The position numbers and the translations under genes are program-made. 28,147 nt of DNA from a bacterium (GTDB lineage Bacteria > UBP7 > UBA6624 > JBBIMK01), in NCBI GenBank assembly GCA_037444445.1, contig JBBIMK010000027.1, positions 1 through 28,147 of the forward strand, read 5' to 3'. The notes under the pieces are model-generated. The model was not told where the DNA came from. It did no database searches and worked only from the letters and a program-made list of their open reading frames with translations. Position 1 is the stretch's first letter. Each line of letters starts with the position of its first letter. This document shows, one piece after another, positions 14,927 through 21,630 of this stretch.

Positions 14927-15655
14927 ATGGCTAAACAAAAATATTCAGGCATACTGCTGCTAAGACGGAAGGGGCTCACCGCCCCTATGGAGGACTATCT
15001 GAAAGCCATCTATTCCCTGCAGCAAAAGGGAATGAACGCTACCACCCTTGCTCTGGCAAAAGAGATGAAGGTTTCCCCACCTTCTGCCACTTCCATGATG
15101 AAGAAACTGGCAGATTGGAAATTGGTGCGTCACACTCTGTATCTGGGGGTTCGGCTCACGCCCCTGGGAGAAAAAATCGCTCTGGAAGTCATCCGTCATC
15201 ATCGCTTGTTAGAATTATATCTTTCTCACTCGCTGGGGTATTCCTGGGACGAAGTTCACCAGGAAGCGGAAAAATTGGAGCATTTTATCTCGGAAGATTT
15301 TGAGAGTCGTATGAGCCAGGCGCTGGGGAACCCAAAACGGGACCCCCACGGCGCACCCATACCGACTAAAAAGGGAACCTGGGAGGAGATTCCTTCCTTT
15401 TCCCTTGCCTCCGCTTCCCCGAAAAATTGCCTGATTATGCAAGAAGTGGAGGATGAGGACCCGGAATTACTTCGCTATCTGAGTCAGTTGGGCCTGTATC
15501 CCGGGGTGGAAATTTCCGTGCTGGAAAAACATCCATTTGAGGGGCCCTTATATCTTCGCATCGGAAAATCTCATCATTACCTCGGACATAAAGTCGCTGA
15601 CCGCATTCGTGTCATCCTGAAAAAGAAACGGAGAAAGGAAGTGAAAGAAAAATGA
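14927..15655 (+). CDS. DtxR/MntR/IdeR-family metal-dependent transcriptional repressor with a C-terminal SH3/FeoA-like domain
   Basis: MEDYLKAIYSLQQKG...VSPPSATSMMKKL is the wHTH, HHRLLELYL...HQEAEKLEH is the metal-ligand helix region, and DPHGAPIP is also present. The C-terminal segment LIMQEVEDEDPELLRYLSQLGLYPGVEISVLE is the FeoA-like part. An alternative start is at 14987. Confidence 0.9.
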   Translation: MAKQKYSGILLLRRKGLTAPMEDYLKAIYSLQQKGMNATTLALAKEMKVSPPSATSMMKKLADWKLVRHTLYLGVRLTPLGEKIALEVIRHHRLLELYLSHSLGYSWDEVHQEAEKLEHFISEDFESRMSQALGNPKRDPHGAPIPTKKGTWEEIPSFSLASASPKNCLIMQEVEDEDPELLRYLSQLGLYPGVEISVLEKHPFEGPLYLRIGKSHHYLGHKVADRIRVILKKKRRKEVKEK

Positions 15656-16617
15656 GTCCCTGGTTTTTTATAAAAAAGAAGAAAACAGATACGAAGTGGA
15701 AGCGGGAACTCTTTGAGGATGTTTTGAAGATTCTGTATGCGGAATCGCAGACATCGGAAGGGGCCACGGCAGAATTGCTCGCTAAAAAACTCCATATTTC
15801 AAGCAGAAGAGCGAATCAACTCATTCAAACTTTGCTGGAAAAAGGGCTGGCTACAAAAGACGAGGAAAGGATTCAACTGACTTCTGCTGGAAAAGCCCTG
15901 GGGTTGCATCTGGTGCGGGCACATCGGCTGTATGAACGCTACCTGGCCGATGACACCGGGGTGCCATTAAGGGATATACACCGATTAGCGGACCGGAAAG
16001 AGCATCAATTGACCGAGTCAGAAGTGCAATCTCTGGAAGCCCGCCTCGGATTTCCCGCTTCCGACCCGCACGGCGACTGGATTCCAAACGAGCAGGGTGA
16101 GCCCAGAGTCACAGAAGAAAAACCCATTCTTCTGAACCGGTGGAGCCCCGGAAAACCCGCTCGTATTGTCCACATTGAAGATGAGCCAGAATCCACCTTT
16201 GTCCAAATCCTTTCCGCCGGGCTACTGCCGGGCACTGACATTCTGGTTCAGGAAATTTCTGAACGCGGCATTCACATCACAGTGGATGGAAATGAAATCT
16301 GGCTGGCTCCGGCTCTTGCAGGTCAAATTGAGGTGAATACACCCTTACCGATGAAACAGTCCCTCTGGCTTCGTGCGAAAACTCTATCCCAACTCCAGCC
16401 CGGAGAAAAGGGACGGGTCCTGGCGATTGCCCACCACGTTCGCGGTCTGCCCCGGCGCAGACTCCTGGACCTGGGATTTACTCCGGGTGCTCGCGTAGAA
16501 TGCGCTTTGAAAAGCACTTTCGGTAGAGGAGACCCCTCGGCATACCGCATACGAGGCACAGTGGTTGCCCTGCGAAGAGAACAAACAGAGCAGATTTTCA
16601 TTGAACCAGTGGAGTAG
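15652..16617 (+). CDS. DtxR-family regulator fused to two tandem FeoA domains
   Basis: It has an ATGA overlap with the upstream stop. The DtxR-like part is FEDVLKILY...RRANQLIQTLLEKGL...AHRLYERYL...HRLADRKEH...DPHGDWIP. FeoA-like domain 1 covers about res 159-228 (PGKPARIVHIEDEP...LLPGTDILV). FeoA-like domain 2 covers about res 244-319 (LQPGEKGRVLAI...LGFTPGARVE). Confidence 0.85.
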   Translation: MSPWFFIKKKKTDTKWKRELFEDVLKILYAESQTSEGATAELLAKKLHISSRRANQLIQTLLEKGLATKDEERIQLTSAGKALGLHLVRAHRLYERYLADDTGVPLRDIHRLADRKEHQLTESEVQSLEARLGFPASDPHGDWIPNEQGEPRVTEEKPILLNRWSPGKPARIVHIEDEPESTFVQILSAGLLPGTDILVQEISERGIHITVDGNEIWLAPALAGQIEVNTPLPMKQSLWLRAKTLSQLQPGEKGRVLAIAHHVRGLPRRRLLDLGFTPGARVECALKSTFGRGDPSAYRIRGTVVALRREQTEQIFIEPVE

Positions 16618-16641
16618 AAGGAAGTTTCATCAGGAGGCAAA

Positions 16642-17454
16642 TTGCCTGTATCTCCTCATTCCTGCAAAACCTGCCCGATGTATGTGAACCGATTGGGCGT
16701 AGATGTATCCCGATGGGATTATCTCATTGCCCTGGCAGGAAATCCAAACACGGGGAAAAGCACATTGTTTAACGCCCTCACGGGATTAAAACAGCATATC
16801 GGCAACTGGCCCGGAAAAACAGTTTCTCGCGCAGAAGGAGGATTTCAATTCAACGGAAAAAAGTATAAATTGGTGGATTTGCCGGGGACTTATTCTTTGC
16901 TTTCAGCATCCGAGGAAGAAGAAATTGCCAGGGACTTCCTGCTTTTCGCTAACCCGGATGTGGTGATGATTGTCATGGATGCCACCGCCATTGAGCGGAA
17001 TCTCAACCTGACTTTACAGATACTGGAAATCACTCCACGCTCAGTCCTCGTGTTGAACTTGATGGATGAAGCCAGAAAGAAGGGAATTTATGTGGACCAT
17101 CGGCATCTGGAGACAGAATTGGGCATTCCAGTGGTTCCCATCGTTGCCCGAACGGGAGAAGGATTAAGTTTTCTGATGCAAACAGTTTCGGAAGTCATTG
17201 AAGGCAGAATCTCTCTGAAGCCCAGGCACATCCCTCTGGACTCTGATTTGGAATCCGCGGTTCAGCAATTGCTTCCACTCCTGCAGGAGGCATTCCCTGA
17301 CTTTCCCAATCCTCGCTGGATTGCATTGAGGTTGTTGGATGGGGATGCCTCGGTTTCTGCTGTTCTAACCAGAAATCAGGAGGGAAATGCTTTCAGGAAA
17401 GTGGCGGAAAAAGAAAATGAACAGGGGAGAAGTTTTGACAGAAATAGAGCGTAA
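16642..17454 (+). CDS. feoB: Ferrous iron transporter FeoB, N-terminal GTPase (G) domain plus the start of the helical domain, ending at a stop codon
   Basis: The G1 motif is GNPNTGKST, the G2/G3 region is GKTV...DLPGTYSL, and the helical-domain motif is RWIALRLLDGD. The TTG start at 16642 lies 4 nt after AGGAGG (16632-16637). The N-terminal extension contains CKTC. The ORF stops at 17452-17454, before any membrane domain. Confidence 0.85.
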   Translation: MPVSPHSCKTCPMYVNRLGVDVSRWDYLIALAGNPNTGKSTLFNALTGLKQHIGNWPGKTVSRAEGGFQFNGKKYKLVDLPGTYSLLSASEEEEIARDFLLFANPDVVMIVMDATAIERNLNLTLQILEITPRSVLVLNLMDEARKKGIYVDHRHLETELGIPVVPIVARTGEGLSFLMQTVSEVIEGRISLKPRHIPLDSDLESAVQQLLPLLQEAFPDFPNPRWIALRLLDGDASVSAVLTRNQEGNAFRKVAEKENEQGRSFDRNRA

Positions 17455-18835
17455 ACAGCAAATTTTATTGCAAAAGGCAGATGCACTCCGACGGTCACTC
17501 CATATAGACTTTCGGGACCGGCTTGTAGAAACCATTTACTCTGAAGCCCATCGGATTGCAGAGGCAGTCACGCGAGTGAAACCGAATCCTGCCACCGACC
17601 TCGACCAGCGGATAGACCGCATCGTCACTCACCCTATTTTGGGCTTACCCTTGATGCTTTTGGGCCTGGCTCTCGCTTTCTGGATAACCATTGTGGGCGC
17701 CAACTATCCATCCGAAATGATTGCCCGTCTTTTGTTCGCGGTGGAAAATTATGGGAGCAAATTCTTTGATTGGATGGGCATGCCCTGGTGGGTTACTGGA
17801 TTTCTCTGGAATGGGGTGTATCGCGGCCTTGCCTGGGTAGTCAGCGTGATGCTACCCCCCATGGCAATTTTCTTTCCGCTCTTCACCATTCTGGAGGACC
17901 TGGGCTACCTTCCGCGAGTTGCCTTTAATCTGGATTGGCTATTTAAGAAGGTGGGAGCGCACGGGAAGCAGGCATTAACGATGACGATGGGTTTCGGGTG
18001 CAATGCCGCAGGGGTAATTGCCACACGCATCATTGAATCGCCCCGAGAGCGTCTGATTGCCATTTTGACGAATAATTTTGTTCCCTGCAATGGGCGATAC
18101 CCCACACTGATTATGTTAGGAACGATTTTTGTGGCAGGGGCTTTCCCACCAGCGTTTGCATCGTTTGCCGCCGCCGGCGCTGTGATGGGTTCAGTTCTCA
18201 TCGGCATCTTGTTCACCTTCCTTTCATCCTATCTTCTTTCCCGCACGGTTCTGAAAGGGCAAGCCAGCGCCTTTACCCTTGAACTCCCCCCCTACCGCAC
18301 ACCAAACATCAAGCGTATTTTGTATACTTCCTTTATTGACCGAACAATTTTTGTCCTCTGGCGGGCGATGGTGATGGCCGCTCCCTCAGGTGCTGTCATC
18401 TGGATTCTGGCGAATATCCACATCGGAAATGAAAGTTTGTCCAACATAATCACCCGGTGGCTAAATCCTCTCGGTTACGCCATCGGCCTGGATGGAGTCA
18501 TTCTTCTGGCGTATATCCTCGCCATTCCCGCTAACGAGATTGTTGTGCCCACCATCGTGATGGGCTATCTCAAAGCGGGGATGATGATGGAACTGGAAAG
18601 TCTATCCGAGCTACGGCATCTTCTGGTAGAGCAGGCGGGATGGACTTTGCTCACAGCGATTTGCCTGATGTTATTTTCAGTGCTCCACAACCCCTGCTCC
18701 ACCACCGTCCTGACCATTTACAAAGAAACAGGGAGCAAAAAATGGGCAATCATCGGCGCACTTTTCCCCCTGGGATTTGCCTTTCTAACAACCTTTCTCG
18801 TCGCTTCCATCTGGAGGTTGCTCTTGAGAGGATGA
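17387..18835 (+). CDS. feoB: Ferrous iron transporter FeoB, remainder of the helical domain plus the membrane (gate/permease) domain, in a different frame
   Basis: DQRIDRIVTHPILGLPLMLLGLALAFW is the typical entry into the FeoB membrane domain, and multiple TM segments follow to the C-terminus. This ORF overlaps the upstream ORF by 68 nt in the +1 frame. AGGAGG at 17378-17383 lies 3 nt before the ATG at 17387, and there is another ATG at 17417. Confidence 0.85.
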   Translation: MLSGKWRKKKMNRGEVLTEIERKQQILLQKADALRRSLHIDFRDRLVETIYSEAHRIAEAVTRVKPNPATDLDQRIDRIVTHPILGLPLMLLGLALAFWITIVGANYPSEMIARLLFAVENYGSKFFDWMGMPWWVTGFLWNGVYRGLAWVVSVMLPPMAIFFPLFTILEDLGYLPRVAFNLDWLFKKVGAHGKQALTMTMGFGCNAAGVIATRIIESPRERLIAILTNNFVPCNGRYPTLIMLGTIFVAGAFPPAFASFAAAGAVMGSVLIGILFTFLSSYLLSRTVLKGQASAFTLELPPYRTPNIKRILYTSFIDRTIFVLWRAMVMAAPSGAVIWILANIHIGNESLSNIITRWLNPLGYAIGLDGVILLAYILAIPANEIVVPTIVMGYLKAGMMMELESLSELRHLLVEQAGWTLLTAICLMLFSVLHNPCSTTVLTIYKETGSKKWAIIGALFPLGFAFLTTFLVASIWRLLLRG

Positions 18836-18885
18836 AGTAAGCCGGATGGGGATTGAAAATTCCACCGGCAGGGTGTATAAAATAG

Positions 18886-19149
18886 ATGATGCAATTCTAC
18901 GAATGCACCAGCTGCCCAACCCTGCTGGGGGTGGAAGAGGGCGGGAAACCACCTATGGCTTGCCCGCTGTGCCGGAGCCGAATGGCTTCCATTCCTCCCC
19001 CGGCGGAATTGGTTGAAATGAAGCCCCATTACTGTTCGGAGTGCGGATATACTTTCTCTCTCCCTGCAAGGGTATCCCCATATAAATGCCCCGCGTGTAA
19101 CTGGACTTTTCTACTGACGCCACACAAACGGGCAGAAGAACGCCTGTAA
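18886..19149 (+). CDS. Small (87 aa) double zinc-ribbon protein
   Basis: Four CxxC pairs form two ribbons (C7xxC10...C26xxC29 and C50xxC53...C68xxC71). It lies 50 nt downstream of feoB on the same strand. There is no clear SD, so coding is inferred from the Cys pattern. Confidence 0.55.
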   Translation: MMQFYECTSCPTLLGVEEGGKPPMACPLCRSRMASIPPPAELVEMKPHYCSECGYTFSLPARVSPYKCPACNWTFLLTPHKRAEERL

Positions 19150-19151
19150 AT

Positions 19152-19478
19152 TTACTCTTTTGGCATACGCCCGTTTCTTCGTATCGCTTCCCGTATCATC
19201 TCTGCCGAGGGGTAAGGATGAATACGCCCATCAAAAGAATAAAGACGGATACGAAAACCATAATCCCCGCTGGGACGATACGATGGGTCCACATCCGCTC
19301 CGTTAATGCGGATAGTAGGAGACCCGGGAAAGCAGTGCCTTTCTGCTTCCGCCCGACTGGTAATGAGAATCAGTTCCACCTTTTCGTCCAACCCTTCTTC
19401 GCGCAGCACCTGCTCCAGAAGATTTCGGGCTACTGGAAACCCCTCACTCTCTTCATAATAAAGTAACTCCACTTTCAC
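19152..19478 (-). CDS. Thioredoxin-fold protein of the GCP...GSPT family (often annotated DUF2703-like) that lacks the usual cysteines
   Basis: The GTG start lies 7 nt after GGAGGT (complement of 19486-19491). The family-like blocks are MKVELLYYE..EGFP, FPGSPTIRINGADV and GFRIRLY. The positions that I recall as Cys in this family (GCP and ACR) are Phe and Ile here. Confidence 0.7.
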   Translation of the reverse strand: MKVELLYYEESEGFPVARNLLEQVLREEGLDEKVELILITSRAEAERHCFPGSPTIRINGADVDPSYRPSGDYGFRIRLYSFDGRIHPYPSAEMIREAIRRNGRMPKE

Positions 19479-19541
19479 TCTCGCTACCTCCTTCCTTTTT
19501 TCCCTGTGTCGTTTTCATCTTCATTCTCGTCATCAATTCTT

Positions 19542-19888
19542 TTATGATACCACCTCTATTAGAAAAATGCAAGCCCCCCCACTTTTTGAGTCAATAGATC
19601 CTGACCAGGTGATACAAAACACTACTCTATCATAGAAATTCTCCTTGAGGTTGTCCATAGCCGATTCAACTCCAATAACCCCCACTATCAAGGTGCCTCT
19701 TTTATTCAGAAGTATCGGAATGAATGCGACGGGAGTAATCGCTGAAGACCTTATGCTGGAATCAGTGGGCGGGGCATAGGATTCATCGTAAAAGAAGGCA
19801 TCCACCACACATAGACACCCACGACCACCAGTGTTACCAGAATAATGAAAAATAAGAACTTCCAGTTTACTTCAGTTACTGTAACCAT
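19542..19888 (-). pseudogene. Two short overlapping ORFs, possibly one frameshifted small membrane-anchored protein (TM helix, then a beta-rich fragment)
   Basis: ORF A (19751-19888) has its ATG just after GAGGGAAAGG and encodes MVTVTEVNWKFLFFIILVTLVVVGVYVWW.... ORF B (19542-19808, GTG start) continues in the -1 frame as VDAFFYDESYAPP...ITPVAFIPILLNKRGTLIVGVIGVE. A single-nucleotide change near 19806 would fuse them. Support is weak. Confidence 0.2.
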
Positions 19889-19969
19889 CCTTTCCCTCAG
19901 GGAAATGACTCTCTTTTTACCTTTTTCCTCATTTGCAGAAGATAGAGAATTTATCATAAGATAGTGAAA

Positions 19970-20004
19970 TGCGGGGAGCCCCGCCTCCCACAGGGCTCCC
20001 CGCA
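19970..20004 (-). terminator. Rho-independent-type terminator after the lipoprotein gene (12-bp GC-rich stem, 11-nt loop)
   Basis: TGCGGGGAGCCC (19970-19981) pairs perfectly with GGGCTCCCCGCA (19993-20004). The hairpin starts 14 nt past the stop at 20019-20021. On the minus strand it is followed by TTTCACTATCTT. Confidence 0.6.
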
Positions 20005-20018
20005 ATCCGGCTTTCTTC

Positions 20019-21458
20019 TCAGCCGCTCTCAGAAGATGGCTTTACTTCTAATTTCAACGCCACTCTGTTGGTTCCTCCCATCACATACTTGATTTCAATC
20101 TCCTGCCCGATATAGGAAGAGAGATTTTCCACGCAGATGTGAAGAGAGGGCTCCACTTCCAGTTTCGTATTTTGGACCAGGTAGTAAGTGTTACCATTGC
20201 TGGCAGTCACGGTGATGTCAGAGCCCACATTTACGGAAACCAGTGTAACCCCTTCCACTTTGAACTCAGGAAAGGGAATGGCTCCATAATCGGTGAGGGT
20301 CCTGGTGGGAGTAGTGGTGCATCCGGCGGGCGGTTCCGGCGGCTCCCCTTCATTCTCTCCCGCCACCTTCGCTTCCACCTTCAGCGCAGTCAGGATATGA
20401 GCGATGTCGTCCCACTGACCCTTTGCCTCCACCACCATTCCCGCTTGCAGGTCGGATAACCCTGTGAAACCCTCCCAGATGGTGTTCTCACTCACCTGCA
20501 CCGTGAGCGTGCCATCGGAGTTCAGAACCGGAACGAATCCCTTTGCTTCACTCAACTGGAGAGTGAAGGAAGAATTCCCGACGTCCACACTTGCTACAAC
20601 ACCCTCTACCGCATCCTGCAATTCAGGGGTAGGAGATAGGCTATGGTCGGAGTGCATGACTACAGCCGTCAGGGTGAGGACGGAAAGGTCCAGGGTCCCT
20701 TTCGCTTCCACCTCATCCCCGATATTCAGGAAGTTGAAACAAGCGGAGCCCGTGCCCTTTCCGGGGCAAACGGTTAAGGGCGTCACCTGGATGGAGACAG
20801 GGATTGAAGAGTGCTCAGGCAAAATCGCCAGCCGTAAATTGGATGCGTCTATGCTGGTCACCCTGCCCTCCAGTTTATCTAAATGTCCGTATCCAGGGTA
20901 ACCCTGCTCGGAGTCATCCACGACCACCGTGGCAGCGACAAGCCCCGTGGACGGGTCGTAGTTAAATTGAACCAGGTCAAAATCCAGAATCAACGTTCCG
21001 GTGGCATTCGGTTGAACGGTGATGTTCCCCTGTATCTGAACCTGTAGAGTGAAAGTATCGCCCGTGGGAACAAACTTTGCCGTGGTCACGTTCCCGGAAG
21101 AGTCCACAAGGGTAATGGAATTAGACAGAGTGATGGTGACCTGATTATACTCACCCGGAGGAATCTGTGCCACATTCACCAGAGTGAGAACACCGGCAAG
21201 ATCCGTCACATCATAGGTAAGCCCACCCGTGGCGGTGGCATCCACCAGAACCAAGGAGGCACCGGTATCCGTATTCGCCAGTTCTGCCTTCAGAACCGTC
21301 ACCAGAACCTGAGAGTAAGTAGAAAGCGGTGAGTCGGTAACATACACACCGACAGATGAACTACCAGACGGAAGCGGCGAACTTCCACCACCTCCGCATC
21401 CCATAGAAAACAGGAAAACCCCGATAACTATCGGAGTCCATAACCAGAGTTTCTTCAA
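20019..21458 (-). CDS. Lipoprotein with an N-terminal DUF4382-like domain and three DUF5666-like beta modules
   Basis: The TTG start lies 9 nt after GGAGG. The signal peptide and lipobox are MKKLWLWTPIVIGVFLFSMGC, followed by GGGGSS. The DUF4382-like pattern is VYVTDSP...VLVTVLKAEL...IPPGEYNQVTITL...LILDFDL. There are three repeats of the EG.V.S.D...L.V.V...G..VEAKG type. Confidence 0.8.
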   Translation of the reverse strand: MKKLWLWTPIVIGVFLFSMGCGGGGSSPLPSGSSSVGVYVTDSPLSTYSQVLVTVLKAELANTDTGASLVLVDATATGGLTYDVTDLAGVLTLVNVAQIPPGEYNQVTITLSNSITLVDSSGNVTTAKFVPTGDTFTLQVQIQGNITVQPNATGTLILDFDLVQFNYDPSTGLVAATVVVDDSEQGYPGYGHLDKLEGRVTSIDASNLRLAILPEHSSIPVSIQVTPLTVCPGKGTGSACFNFLNIGDEVEAKGTLDLSVLTLTAVVMHSDHSLSPTPELQDAVEGVVASVDVGNSSFTLQLSEAKGFVPVLNSDGTLTVQVSENTIWEGFTGLSDLQAGMVVEAKGQWDDIAHILTALKVEAKVAGENEGEPPEPPAGCTTTPTRTLTDYGAIPFPEFKVEGVTLVSVNVGSDITVTASNGNTYYLVQNTKLEVEPSLHICVENLSSYIGQEIEIKYVMGGTNRVALKLEVKPSSESG

Positions 21459-21630
21459 TGAAAATCCCCTCCTTCCTTAAGAATTTTTTTGAAGATTTGG
21501 TTTCTTCTGACCGTGTCCATTTTCAATTTTATATTCAAATATTTATCGGGTGGAAAAAAAATAGAAAGAAGGTAGAAATTCCGTATGATATTTCCAGCAA
21601 TGAGATTCATTATCAATTAGTCAATTACAC

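Noticed and set aside
17401-17420. Programmed ribosomal frameshifting at the A-rich run in the feoB overlap.
   Set aside because: There is no canonical slippery heptamer (X XXY YYZ) in the correct frame and no obvious downstream stimulatory structure. A plain indel or an internal restart are simpler explanations, so the region is reported as an open question instead.
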